The translations under genes were made by a program, and so were the position numbers. DNA of 32,000 bases, taken from NCBI RefSeq assembly GCF_014280175.1, contig NZ_CP047931.1:720001-752000 (forward strand), read 5' to 3'. Of this stretch, positions 1-8,902 are shown one piece after another; position 1 is the first letter of the stretch, and each line of letters starts with the position of its first letter. The notes beneath the pieces are model-generated. The model did not search any database. It was not told the DNA's origin and saw nothing but the letters and a program-made list of their open reading frames with translations. Source of the DNA: Synechococcus sp. A15-28. Lineage in GTDB: Bacteria > Cyanobacteriota > Cyanobacteriia > PCC-6307 > Cyanobiaceae.

Positions 1-126
1 ATCAGATGCCAGGCCAGAGTGATGGCGACCGAGAGGCTGCTGCTTCCCCTGAACTTCCAGCGCTGCCTGAAAACGCCCCACCTCCACCGGACCTACCAGA
101 TGTATCCATACAACCACTTCCAGTGA
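1..126 (+). CDS. 3' end of an unidentified CDS cut by the window edge
   Basis: Frame 1 is open from nt 1 to TGA 124-126. Third positions are G/C-rich like the real genes here. The tail reads ...ERLLLPLNFQRCLKTPHLHRTYQMYPYNHFQ. No family recognised. Confidence 0.3.
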   Translation: MRCQARVMATERLLLPLNFQRCLKTPHLHRTYQMYPYNHFQ

Positions 127-149
127 TTGATTGAAACTTTCGGTGGCGA

Positions 150-623
150 TCAGCCCCCCTGGTGGGAGGCGAGGGCACGCACCACGTCTCCCCGGGTGAT
201 CACACCCACGGGCTTCGCATCACTGTCGAGGACAAACAACCGTTGGGTGCCCCGGTCGTGCAGCAGGGAGGCCGCCCTGGGCAAACCAAGGTCAAGACTG
301 CAGGTGTGGGCGTCCTTCCGCATCAGCTCTTTCACCGTGGTGCCCAGCACCTGGTGCACCTGCTTGTCCCAGTTGAGGGGATTGCGCAGGTAAATCACGC
401 TGTCCAGCAGCATCACGTACGGGCCGGCATCAACACCGCTCTCACGCACCATCAGGTCCTGCTCGCTCAGCTCTCCGATCAGGGCACCTGTGTCATCAAC
501 CACCGGCAGTCCGCTGATGTGGTGATCACTGATCAGTTGAACGGCCTGCTGCAGAGGAGTGTCCGGGGTGACGCTCAACACTGGCTGGGTCATCACATCA
601 GCCACCGTCAGCTGCAGGACCAT
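150..623 (-). CDS. CBS domain pair protein
   Basis: 157-aa ORF with two CBS-like modules (VADVMTQPVLSV...ISGLPVVDDTGALIGELSEQDL and VKELMRKDAHTC...RLFVLDSDAKPVGVITRGDVV). No other domain. Confidence 0.85.
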   Translation of the reverse strand: MVLQLTVADVMTQPVLSVTPDTPLQQAVQLISDHHISGLPVVDDTGALIGELSEQDLMVRESGVDAGPYVMLLDSVIYLRNPLNWDKQVHQVLGTTVKELMRKDAHTCSLDLGLPRAASLLHDRGTQRLFVLDSDAKPVGVITRGDVVRALASHQGG

Positions 624-654
624 GATTTGAAGTCAGCTGACTTCATTCTGCGCG

Positions 655-1191
655 TTGTCGTTGCCCCTGCGCTCTCTGGCCAATGGCCTCACCATCGCTC
701 GCGCCGTTGCCGGCTTGCCCTTGATCCTGGCGCTGCAGGTTGGCTGGCTTCCCTTGGCTTGGTGGCTGCTGCTGATGGCTGGCCTCAGCGATGCCGCTGA
801 TGGCTGGCTGGCCCGTCGCGCTGGCGGCGGCAGCAGCTGGGGGGCAAGGCTGGATCCACTCACAGACAAGGTGCTGATCGCAGCTCCCCTGCTCTGGCTG
901 GCTTCCACGGAAACCCTGCCTCTCTGGGCTGTCTGGCTGTTGCTGGCCCGGGAACTGCTGATTTCGGGTTGGCGTGCCCAGGCGGGGGATGGCGGGCCGG
1001 CATCGTTGACCGGGAAGGCCAAGACCGTCCTGCAGTTCCTGGCGCTGCTGTTGTTGCTCTGGCCCCCCGCCTGGAGCGGACACCAGCAGCTTGTGGTTGT
1101 CGGGTGGTGGTTGTTCTGGCCGTCGTTGCTGTTGGCCCTCAGGTCAGCCGTTGGCTACATCAAGCCCCGATCAAGGCCGCATCAGCGCTGA
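655..1191 (+). CDS. pgsA: CDP-alcohol phosphatidyltransferase (phosphatidylglycerophosphate synthase-like)
   Basis: Carries the CDP-OH transferase signature DGWLARRAGGGSSWGARLDPLTD (DG-x2-AR-x8-G-x3-D-x3-D) and several TM segments. The start is TTG at 655, only 31 nt from the divergent CBS gene, so it is uncertain. Confidence 0.8.
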   Translation: MSLPLRSLANGLTIARAVAGLPLILALQVGWLPLAWWLLLMAGLSDAADGWLARRAGGGSSWGARLDPLTDKVLIAAPLLWLASTETLPLWAVWLLLARELLISGWRAQAGDGGPASLTGKAKTVLQFLALLLLLWPPAWSGHQQLVVVGWWLFWPSLLLALRSAVGYIKPRSRPHQR

Positions 1192-2086
1192 AATCCGGCT
1201 GCGCCGACGGGGCGATGGCGTAGTCATTCTGGAAGCTGTCCGCCAGCCCCTTGGCGAGATCAAACCGGGGTTCCCAGGCCAGTTCACGCTGCACCCGTGT
1301 GATGTCGGTGAGGAAGTGATTTAGTCGCAGGGGGAAGGCCTTGCGGGCTTTTGGATCGAGTCCGGATGGATCGAAGGGGCGCAACTCCACGGCGTCCGGC
1401 TCTTTGCCGCAGGCAACCGCTGCTGCCCGGATCAAGCCTCGGAAGGTGATGCCCTGCTTGCCGGAGCAGTTGTAGATGCGGTTGGCAGCGGCTTCAACAT
1501 CGATGCAGCGCGCCATGGCTTCGGCCAGATCGTCCACATGGCCGAGCTGGGTGATCGTGCTGCCGTCCCCCGGCAGCGGCACCGGGCGGTCGTGGGTGAT
1601 CCGATCAAAGAACCAGCGTTCGACGGGGTTGTAGTTCCCAGGCCCGTAGATGTAAGTGGGGCGGAAGCTGGTGAAGGGGATGCCTTCGGAGCGCAACCAG
1701 GCCTCGGTGTCCGCCTTGCCGGCGTGGCGGCTGTTTGGATCGGTGGCAGCGGTTTCATCCAGGGGCCACAGTGCAGAGCCGGCGTAGACGCCGGCGGAAC
1801 TCACGTAAACGAACCGGTGGCTGGGGACACCTGTGATCTCCACCACACGCCTGCTGTCCTCAAGCTTGCGCCCGGAGCTGTCGACAATCACATCGAAGCG
1901 GCGTCCTTCCAGGGGGCTCAGACCTTCGCTGCTGCTGCGGTCTCCACAGAGATGTTCAACGCCCTCAGGGACAGCGTTGCGGCCCCGCGTGAACAGGGTG
2001 AGGGCATGGCCCTGAGCCTGAAGCCTGGCCACCAAGGGCTTGCCGACGAAACGGGTCCCCCCCATCACCAGGATCTTCACAGCCAT
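1160..2086 (-). CDS. NAD(P)-dependent epimerase/dehydratase family protein (extended SDR, CSP41-like)
   Basis: N-terminal Rossmann motif ILVMGGTRFVG. The 308-aa length and overall pattern fit cyanobacterial CSP41-type SDRs. The 3' end overlaps pgsA by 32 nt (convergent). Confidence 0.8.
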   Translation of the reverse strand: MAVKILVMGGTRFVGKPLVARLQAQGHALTLFTRGRNAVPEGVEHLCGDRSSSEGLSPLEGRRFDVIVDSSGRKLEDSRRVVEITGVPSHRFVYVSSAGVYAGSALWPLDETAATDPNSRHAGKADTEAWLRSEGIPFTSFRPTYIYGPGNYNPVERWFFDRITHDRPVPLPGDGSTITQLGHVDDLAEAMARCIDVEAAANRIYNCSGKQGITFRGLIRAAAVACGKEPDAVELRPFDPSGLDPKARKAFPLRLNHFLTDITRVQRELAWEPRFDLAKGLADSFQNDYAIAPSAQPDFSADAALIGA

Positions 2087-2148
2087 ACAAGCAAAAGCGC
2101 AGCCATTGAAGCGTGGAGCTGCAGGATGGGCTCAGATGTCTCATCGGC

Positions 2149-2916
2149 ATGGAGATCCTCCCCGCTATTGATCTGCTGGATGGGACCTGCGTTCGCCTGC
2201 ACCAGGGGGATTACGACCAGGTCACCCGTTTCAGCAATGATCCTGTGGCCCAGGCCCTCAGCTGGCAGCAACAGGGGGCAACCCGTCTGCATCTGGTGGA
2301 TCTTGATGGTGCCAAGCGGGGAGAGCCGGTGAATGACGCGGCCGTCCAGGCGATCACGGCGGCTCTTGATATCCCGGTGCAGCTCGGTGGAGGCGTTCGT
2401 TCGCTGGAACGGGCCGAGCAGTTGCTTGCCTGTGGTCTTGATCGTGTGATCCTCGGCACCGTGGCGATTGAGCAGCCAGAACTGGTCCAGGATCTGGCTG
2501 CTCGACATCCAGGCCGCATCGTGGTGGGCATCGATGCCAAGGACGGGCGGGTCGCCACCCGGGGCTGGATCGAGCAAAGCGATGTGCTGGCGACGGATCT
2601 GGCCAAAACGTTCAGCAGCGCTGGAATTGCCGCGATCATCACCACGGATATCGCGACTGATGGCACCCTGGCTGGGCCGAATCTTGAGGCTCTCAGGGAG
2701 ATGGCGGCAAGCAGCAGTGTTCCGGTGATCGCCTCCGGTGGCATCGGTTGCATGGCGGATCTGCTGGCACTGCTTCCCCTGGAGTCACTCGGCGTTTGTG
2801 GTGTGATCGTCGGTCGCGCTCTTTACGACGGTCGCATTGACCTCGCGGAAGCAGTTCGGGCCCTGGCGGAGCCACGGTTGCAGGACGTCACAGCTGTTGC
2901 AGCAGACCTGGCTTGA
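2149..2916 (+). CDS. hisA: ProFAR isomerase (1-(5-phosphoribosyl)-5-[(5-phosphoribosylamino)methylideneamino]imidazole-4-carboxamide isomerase)
   Basis: MEILPAIDLLDGTCVRLHQGDY... is a typical HisA N-terminus, followed by LHLVDLDGA and GGGVRS motifs. ATG 2149 is preferred over the upstream GTG 2113. Confidence 0.9.
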   Translation: MEILPAIDLLDGTCVRLHQGDYDQVTRFSNDPVAQALSWQQQGATRLHLVDLDGAKRGEPVNDAAVQAITAALDIPVQLGGGVRSLERAEQLLACGLDRVILGTVAIEQPELVQDLAARHPGRIVVGIDAKDGRVATRGWIEQSDVLATDLAKTFSSAGIAAIITTDIATDGTLAGPNLEALREMAASSSVPVIASGGIGCMADLLALLPLESLGVCGVIVGRALYDGRIDLAEAVRALAEPRLQDVTAVAADLA

Positions 2917-3013
2917 TCAGTCGTCTTAAACTGACTTTATAAATTGCGTATGTGTCATCAGGCTCACGTCTCCTGGATCAGCAGTTGCTCGGCCTGGTGA
3001 CGGGCTGCAGGGG

Positions 3014-3409
3014 GTGTTTGAGCGCTGCCGGCAGTTGGGCATGCGGCTGAGTCGTCAGCGACGGATGGTGCTGGATCTGCTCTGGACGGAGAAAAGTCAC
3101 CTCAGTGCCCGGGACATTTTTGAAAAGCTCAACGCCCGTGGACGGAGCATCGGTCATACCTCGGTTTATCAGAACCTGGAGGCTTTGCAGTCTGCAGGCG
3201 TGATCGAGTGCCTGGATCGTGCCAGCGGTCGGCTTTATGGCTACCGCAGTGATCCCCACAGCCATCTCACCTGTCTGGATACCGGAGCGATTGAGGACAT
3301 CGATGTGGAATTGCCGAAGGATTTACTGGACCAGATTCAACGGCGTACAGGTTTCCGGATCGAGTCCTACACCTTGCAGCTCAACGGCCGACGCCCACTG
3401 GAGCGATAG
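3014..3409 (+). CDS. Fur-family transcriptional regulator (atypical, Cys-poor)
   Basis: Winged-helix part LSRQRRMVLDLL...HLSARDIFEKL...IGHTSVYQNLEALQSAGVI, then the HSHLTC metal-site region. GTG start, the first standard start after an in-frame TAA at 2927. Confidence 0.85.
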   Translation: MFERCRQLGMRLSRQRRMVLDLLWTEKSHLSARDIFEKLNARGRSIGHTSVYQNLEALQSAGVIECLDRASGRLYGYRSDPHSHLTCLDTGAIEDIDVELPKDLLDQIQRRTGFRIESYTLQLNGRRPLER

Positions 3410-3450
3410 GCCCAAGCTCGTTACCTTGACGAGAACTCGTCCTGAACCGT

Positions 3451-5058
3451 TTGGCTCCCCTAGCTCCGGTACGGATTCTGCTGATGGCATCGGACCTGCT
3501 CGGGGAATCGCTGGCCCTGCAGCTCACGAGTCGGCAGTCCGACTGGCAGGTTCTGCTTCGACCGGATGAGCTCAAGGGCCATCCTCAGATCGTGATCTGG
3601 TCCATCGACAAGGTTGCATCGCTCAGCGCCCTGCAACGGGAGGTGATGCAGCTGCAGGAACGCTGGAAGCCGGCACCGCTGCTGCTGTTGTTGCCGGTGA
3701 CCATCTCCGCCAGCCGCGATCAGTTGCTGACCCTGACCGCTGAAGGACTGCTTCAGAACAGTGATTGCTCCCAGTTGCAGCTGGCCATCGACACCCTGCT
3801 CCAGGGGGGACGGACGGTTCAACTTCAGACAGCAGCCTCTCCGTCCGAGCCGCCTCCGCTTGGGCTGGCCCAGTCGCTGTTGCTCAGCGGGCTGCAGCAG
3901 ATCAGCAACGACCTGCAGGTGATCGAAGCCATGCTGAATCCCCCCCCGCAGTCGTGGCTGCTGTGTCTGCTGCTGGAAGGACGATGCCGTGAACTGCGCA
4001 GCGCCCGCTCCCTGCTGCTGTGGTTGTGGGGCCCCCTGCAGGTGGGGCTGGAGGATGCCGTTCCCCTGCGTCAGACGGAGTCTTCCCCTTCGATTGGGGA
4101 GTCAACCGCGATCACCCTGCGTCAGCGCAATGCTGTAGCCGTATGGAACTCCATCCGTGAGCGGTTGGATGGTTCCGTCCAGAGCGGCCTCAGCAATGCC
4201 ACCGGACGTCTCCTGGCGATTGAGGGGCTGCAACCCGATCGTCGCCGTGAGCTGCTGCTGGCTCTGCTCCAGCAGTTGGATCAGGTGCTGGGGCGGCTGC
4301 GCCACGAGGATCCAGCCCCTGCCAGCTGGTCGTCGCTCCAGCCTGAATTAAGGCGTCAGGCCCTGTCGTCGATGGCCGGTCATTACGTCCAGATTCCCAG
4401 GGACGGTGCTCTGCAGCCGGTGGCGTCCACGCTGCTGGCCTCCGCCGACCTTGAGGGGGACGATGACGAGCTGCCCGACCCTGCCGCGATGCTGATGCCC
4501 TTGCTGGCGGACCAGCCGGTGCTGGTGAAGGGACAGCTCCTGCCCGCTGATGATCCAAGGGCTCTGCTGCAACTGGAAACCCTGGTGAGCAACTGGCTGG
4601 TGCGCACCGCTGAGTTGATCGGGGCTGAGCTGCTGGAGGCCTGCGGCGAGTGGCCGGAACTGCGCCAATACCTGCTGGGGGATCGCCTGCTGGCGACCCG
4701 GGAACTGGATCGCCTGCGCAACCAGCTGAACAACCAGTTGCGCTGGTCCGAATGGATTGAGCGACCGATTCAGTTGTATGAGAGCCAGCGCACCTTGTTT
4801 CAACTGCGCGGTGGACGAATTGAACCTCTGCAACTGATGGAGCCCCGCGATCAGGAGCTCAACAGCCTGGGTTGGTGGCAGCGCCAGGTTGCACTGCTGC
4901 TGGAGACCCGGGACGCGCTGGCTCCCCAGGTGCAGTCTCTGCTGCGACGCCTTGGGGATCTGGCTGTGGTGCTGCTCACCCAGGTGCTGGGAAGGGCGAT
5001 CGGTCTGGTCGGTCGTGGGATCGCTCAGGGGATGGGGCGCAGCCTGGGGCGCGGCTGA
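3451..5058 (+). CDS. DUF3685 / Ycf55-like protein with degenerate receiver-like N-terminus
   Basis: 535-aa Leu/Gln-rich ORF. The N-terminus VRILLMASDLLGESLALQL...IVIWSID resembles a CheY-like fold lacking the acidic pair. The architecture matches cyanobacterial Ycf55-type proteins from memory. TTG start. Confidence 0.6.
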   Translation: MAPLAPVRILLMASDLLGESLALQLTSRQSDWQVLLRPDELKGHPQIVIWSIDKVASLSALQREVMQLQERWKPAPLLLLLPVTISASRDQLLTLTAEGLLQNSDCSQLQLAIDTLLQGGRTVQLQTAASPSEPPPLGLAQSLLLSGLQQISNDLQVIEAMLNPPPQSWLLCLLLEGRCRELRSARSLLLWLWGPLQVGLEDAVPLRQTESSPSIGESTAITLRQRNAVAVWNSIRERLDGSVQSGLSNATGRLLAIEGLQPDRRRELLLALLQQLDQVLGRLRHEDPAPASWSSLQPELRRQALSSMAGHYVQIPRDGALQPVASTLLASADLEGDDDELPDPAAMLMPLLADQPVLVKGQLLPADDPRALLQLETLVSNWLVRTAELIGAELLEACGEWPELRQYLLGDRLLATRELDRLRNQLNNQLRWSEWIERPIQLYESQRTLFQLRGGRIEPLQLMEPRDQELNSLGWWQRQVALLLETRDALAPQVQSLLRRLGDLAVVLLTQVLGRAIGLVGRGIAQGMGRSLGRG

Positions 5059-5088
5059 GGCCACAATGGGCCTCCCCGAACCGGCCTG

Positions 5089-5631
5089 ATGGGTTGTCTG
5101 TTGCCTCGTCTGCTCAGTTGCGTTCTTGCGCTTCTGATGTTGGTGTCACCCGCTCAGGCCGTCCTTAACGACGACAACTACGACGGCAACATCTACGCCC
5201 TCTATGCCGGCAATGGTTCCCTGGTGCCTCCGGCCAACACCCTTGAGGAAACCCTGGCGGAGCAGCGCACAGCCGTCATCGTTTACTACCTCGACGACAG
5301 TGCTGTCAGCAAACGCTTCGCTCCGGTGGTGTCCGAGCTGCAGCGTCTCTGGGGCCGGGGGATCGATCTGCTGCCCCTGACGATCGACCCGCTGCAAGGA
5401 CGCCAGCCAACCGGTGCCGCTGATCCCGCCACGTACTGGCGGGGGCAGATCCCGCAGGTTGTGGTGATCGACCCGCAGGGTGAGGTGGTTTTCGATCAGG
5501 ACGGACAGGTTTCCCTGGTCGCGATCAATGAGGCGATCAGCCGTGCCACAGGATTGCCGGCCCCTGATCTGCCGACGATCGATCAGGAGGGCAGCTTCAA
5601 CGAGGTGAATATCGAGGTCACCACCGGCTGA
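5089..5631 (+). CDS. Thylakoid membrane photosystem I accumulation factor-like (thioredoxin-fold, no CxxC)
   Basis: Signal/anchor LLSCVLALLMLVSPAQA, then LNDDNYDGNIYALYAGNGSLVPP, a motif I recognise from this cyanobacterial family. Confidence 0.65.
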   Translation: MGCLLPRLLSCVLALLMLVSPAQAVLNDDNYDGNIYALYAGNGSLVPPANTLEETLAEQRTAVIVYYLDDSAVSKRFAPVVSELQRLWGRGIDLLPLTIDPLQGRQPTGAADPATYWRGQIPQVVVIDPQGEVVFDQDGQVSLVAINEAISRATGLPAPDLPTIDQEGSFNEVNIEVTTG

Positions 5632-5665
5632 TCGACTTACGCTGCCGCCCAGCTGGTTCACCGCT

Positions 5666-6826
5666 GTGTCGCTGCTGATCGCCCCCCTGGCCCTCGGAGC
5701 GGGTGTGGCCTGGTTGGAAGCCCGCCATCGACTGCGGCCCGCATCCCCTCTGCGCCTCACAGCCAGGGATTGGACGGTGACCTCCCTTGGGGGGGTGCTG
5801 CGGGTGGATGGTGTTCTTGAGATCAGCAACCCCCACCCGCGCATGGAGGTGTTCGTGCCGGAACTGCGGGTGGAGCCCACGCTGCTGGGCAAGGCTGACC
5901 TGTCCGGCCTCACCGTCACGACACGAATTCAAGCCGATCATCCCGATGAGGAGACCCGTGCCGACGGGTACTGGGCCGCTTACATCGTCAAGGGCCGGAA
6001 GACCACACGGGCCCGGGTGACGATTGAGATAAGTGGTGGCGCATCCCTGGATCAGGTCGACACGCTCTGGGCTGATGTGCATTGGATCAACTATGGCCCG
6101 TTCGGACGCCTGGCACGCCGCCAGGGGGTGCCAGTGCCGCTGCGCTCCCCGGAGCCCCTAAGAGCGGATCAGGCCCCGTGGCAGTCGGGAGATGACTGCA
6201 GCGTTCTGCCCTTGAAGACCCACCTGCTTGGTCCCCTGGATCAGCCGATCGACGTGATGCGGCGTTACGCCGCGCCTCTGCTGCAATCCGGCGATGTGCT
6301 CACGATCGGCGAGACGCCCTTGGCCGTGATTCAAGGTCGCTACCAGCACCCCAGTGAGGTGGAACCCGGCTTGGTGGCCAGGCTCGCCTGCCGGGTGTTT
6401 CACCCCACCAGCAGCCTGGCGACAGCCTGCGGCATGCAGACCCTGATCGATGTCGTGGGTCCCACCCGGGTGCTTGCAGCCTGGCTGGGTGGTCTGCTGA
6501 TGAAACTGGTGGGCATACCGGGTGGTTTCTATCGCCTCGCCGGGGACCAGGCCCGCCTGATCGATGACATCACAGGGACCACTCCCCCCTATGACCAGAC
6601 CATCGTGCTGGGACCGGAACGCTCTGCGTCCTTCTGCGAGGAGGCCTCTGAGGCCCTTGGTGTTGCCGTAGCCATCGTCGACGTCAACGACCTCGGTCGG
6701 GTCAAGGTGTTGGCGTCCAGTGCCGGCTGTGATGACGCCTTGTTGATGCGGGCCCTGAAGCCCAACCCCGCTGGTAACGCCAACCAGCGCACGCCTCTGG
6801 TTCTCGTGCGTTCCGGTCGCGCTTGA
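5666..6826 (+). CDS. F420-0:gamma-glutamyl ligase (CofE)-like domain protein with N-terminal TM segment
   Basis: The C-terminal half (GDVLTIGETPLAVIQGRY...VAIVDVNDLG) resembles the CofE fold. N-terminal hydrophobic helix. GTG start. Confidence 0.55.
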   Translation: MSLLIAPLALGAGVAWLEARHRLRPASPLRLTARDWTVTSLGGVLRVDGVLEISNPHPRMEVFVPELRVEPTLLGKADLSGLTVTTRIQADHPDEETRADGYWAAYIVKGRKTTRARVTIEISGGASLDQVDTLWADVHWINYGPFGRLARRQGVPVPLRSPEPLRADQAPWQSGDDCSVLPLKTHLLGPLDQPIDVMRRYAAPLLQSGDVLTIGETPLAVIQGRYQHPSEVEPGLVARLACRVFHPTSSLATACGMQTLIDVVGPTRVLAAWLGGLLMKLVGIPGGFYRLAGDQARLIDDITGTTPPYDQTIVLGPERSASFCEEASEALGVAVAIVDVNDLGRVKVLASSAGCDDALLMRALKPNPAGNANQRTPLVLVRSGRA

Positions 6827-6862
6827 GCACTACATTGAACGTGGTTGCGACTGGGGGGAGGA

Positions 6863-7858
6863 ATGACAGCACAACCCCTGGAGCCTCTGAGGGTTGAGTC
6901 CCTAAGTCCCGCGCATCTGGCCTGGTTTCCGCAGCTTCAGACGGTGCTGCTGGGCGACTGGCTGGCCCGGATTGAGCAGCGCTTTCCCGATCTGCTGCCG
7001 AGTCGCTCGCCCCGATGCTTCATCGCGTTGGATGCCGACGGTCCTCTGGCCGCTGTAGTGGTTCAGCCCATCAACCGTCGCGGCAGCTGCTGGACCCTGC
7101 ATCGACCGCAGCAATTGATTCGTGAGAGCGTGCATGGGCTCAGAACCGTGCAGCGCACTCTTCTGCAGACCGTGCTTCACCAGGGCGATCGTCAGGTCGG
7201 CAGCTGGGTGATCCGTCGCCCCGCAGGCGACGCCGATGCCATCGCCCTGTTGCGGGAACTTGGGTTCCAGCCCCTGCGTCCGTTTCAGGTCTGGCACCCT
7301 CCGGCCACACCACCAGCGCCAGTGGAATCCCTGCCCCAGGGGCTGACCTGGCAGCCGATCAACCGTCGCAATGCCCAGCGACTCTGGCCGATTGAACAGG
7401 GGGGCTGTTTCAGCCATCTGCGGCAGATCACCGATCGCCATTGGCTGGATCTGCTCGATCGCCGCGGGCCAGGGTGTGGCGTCCTTGTGGCAGGTGATTC
7501 CGTGCTCGCCGGTTGCCTGCGCCTCGGCGTTGGTGTGGATGCCCAAATTCTCGAATTCATCCGCGATGTGGCCTGGGACCCCCGCCTTGATCAGGCCCTC
7601 CCTCAGGTGTTGCGCCGGCTTCAACCGCAGACCTGCGTCGCCGGGCTGAGCACGGCTCTGGATGATGCGCCGATGGCCGAACTGCTCAGCTGTGAAGGTT
7701 GGCGTCGCGGTGAGGAGCAGCTGCTGATGGGCCGCAGCATGTGGCGTCGCCAGACCGCTCCGCGCAATCTGCAACTTCGCAGCTCGTTGGATCAGGTTCT
7801 GGGACGCCTGCGTCCTCAGGGGCAACCCATGCCCTCCCCAAGTCTGCGTCGCCGCTGA
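6863..7858 (+). CDS. Hypothetical protein, possibly GNAT-like acetyltransferase fold
   Basis: ATG 6863 is preceded by GGGGAGGA. Segments like GDADAIALLRELGFQPLR resemble GNAT C-terminal motifs. Codon bias supports this strand over the antisense 364-aa ORF. Confidence 0.5.
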   Translation: MTAQPLEPLRVESLSPAHLAWFPQLQTVLLGDWLARIEQRFPDLLPSRSPRCFIALDADGPLAAVVVQPINRRGSCWTLHRPQQLIRESVHGLRTVQRTLLQTVLHQGDRQVGSWVIRRPAGDADAIALLRELGFQPLRPFQVWHPPATPPAPVESLPQGLTWQPINRRNAQRLWPIEQGGCFSHLRQITDRHWLDLLDRRGPGCGVLVAGDSVLAGCLRLGVGVDAQILEFIRDVAWDPRLDQALPQVLRRLQPQTCVAGLSTALDDAPMAELLSCEGWRRGEEQLLMGRSMWRRQTAPRNLQLRSSLDQVLGRLRPQGQPMPSPSLRRR

Positions 7859-7859
7859 G

Positions 7860-8333
7860 GTGTCTCGCCCCTGTTCGGTGCTGAGTCTGGATGTGGGACG
7901 TCGGCGCATCGGCCTGGCCGGATGCGATCCGCTTGGCATCACCGTCACTCCGCTGACGGCTTTGCATCGGGGGCGCTTCGATGCAGATCTGGTCATGCTT
8001 CAACAGCTCTGCAAGGACCGTCGGGTTCAGGGTCTGGTGGTGGGGCTGCCTTTGGATGCGACCGGTCAGCCCACATCCCAGGCGGAGCATTGCCGTCGTT
8101 ACGGCACACGTCTCGCCGAGGCGTTGCAGTTGCCCCTGGCCTGGGTGAACGAGCACTGCAGCACCTGGGCGGCGGGGGAGCGCCATGGGCTGACGGGAGA
8201 TCGCAGTGGTCGGCTGGACAGTGCAGCTGCAGCGCTGTTGCTGGAACAGTGGCTGCAGGAGGGGCCGGAGCTCAAACCGGTCCAGTCATTCGGGGACAGC
8301 GCGGGCATCGAGCATTCCGATGGTGGATCCTGA
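7860..8333 (+). CDS. ruvX: Holliday junction resolvase-like / pre-16S rRNA nuclease (YqgF)
   Basis: VLSLDVGRRRIGLAGCD..., LVVGLPL and WVNEHCST motifs are typical of YqgF/RuvX. GTG start (7860, or 7878). Confidence 0.9.
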   Translation: MSRPCSVLSLDVGRRRIGLAGCDPLGITVTPLTALHRGRFDADLVMLQQLCKDRRVQGLVVGLPLDATGQPTSQAEHCRRYGTRLAEALQLPLAWVNEHCSTWAAGERHGLTGDRSGRLDSAAAALLLEQWLQEGPELKPVQSFGDSAGIEHSDGGS

Positions 8334-8353
8334 GCGCAGTGTTTCCAGCGTCC

Positions 8354-8902
8354 ATGCGTGACTCCGCATCCGGCAGTGGTGACGTTCCAACCGTTCTGGT
8401 GCGCGACGGGGATGGCCGTGACCTGCTCTGCTTCCTGGAGCAGTTGATTCCTCTGGATGGCAACGACTACGTCCTGCTGACGCCGGTTGATACGCCGGTG
8501 TCGCTGTTCCGTCTCCAGGATGATGCCGATCCGGAGCCGATCATCGCCCTCAACAGCAGCGAACCGATCCTTTCGGTTGCCGACGTGGTGCTGCAGGAGC
8601 ATGACCTCACCCTCGTTCGTTCTGCGGTGACCCTCACCGTGAGCGGTGAACTGGATGAACCGGATCCCGATGATCTGGATGACGATGATGAGGAAGACGG
8701 CGACGAGGACTCGGAGACCTTTGAGCTGCTGGTGAGCTTCATGGTCGAGGAGCAGGAATACGGCCTTTACATTCCGCTCGACCCGTTTTTTGTTGTGGCC
8801 CGCATGGTCGATGGCCAGGCGGAATTGGTGGAGGGAGAGGATTTCGATCGGATTCAGCCGCGCCTGGAAGCGGAACTTGAGGACAGGGAATGGCCGGAGT
8901 GA
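8354..8902 (+). CDS. DUF3727-like acidic protein
   Basis: ATG 8354 lies just after the ruvX stop. Conserved-looking LLCFLEQLIPLDGNDYVLLTPVDTPV and EEQEYGLYIPLDPFFVVARM blocks flank a D/E-rich linker. The upstream part of the 326-aa ORF overlaps ruvX and is discarded. Confidence 0.7.
   Translation: MRDSASGSGDVPTVLVRDGDGRDLLCFLEQLIPLDGNDYVLLTPVDTPVSLFRLQDDADPEPIIALNSSEPILSVADVVLQEHDLTLVRSAVTLTVSGELDEPDPDDLDDDDEEDGDEDSETFELLVSFMVEEQEYGLYIPLDPFFVVARMVDGQAELVEGEDFDRIQPRLEAELEDREWPE

Noticed and set aside
127-800. Plus-strand ORFs 127-393 and 162-800
   Set aside because: They overlap the well-supported CBS-domain gene on the opposite strand and have no motifs.
6902-7996. 364-aa ORF antisense to the GNAT-like gene and the ruvX 5' end
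   Set aside because: R/A/G/P/Q-rich, low-complexity translation typical of shadow ORFs in high-G+C DNA. The plus strand has a Shine-Dalgarno-like element, proper codon bias and continues the operon.
7922-8353. N-terminal 144 codons of the 326-aa ORF that ends as the DUF3727 protein
   Set aside because: This part overlaps ruvX in another frame and translates to a G/A/S/R-rich sequence. The conserved-looking protein begins at ATG 8354, right after the ruvX stop.
8641-8720. GAT/GAC/GAG-rich stretch that looks like a simple tandem repeat
   Set aside because: It is in frame within the DUF3727-like gene and encodes its acidic D/E linker (DEPDPDDLDDDDEEDGDEDSE). It is coding low complexity, not a repeat element or CRISPR.
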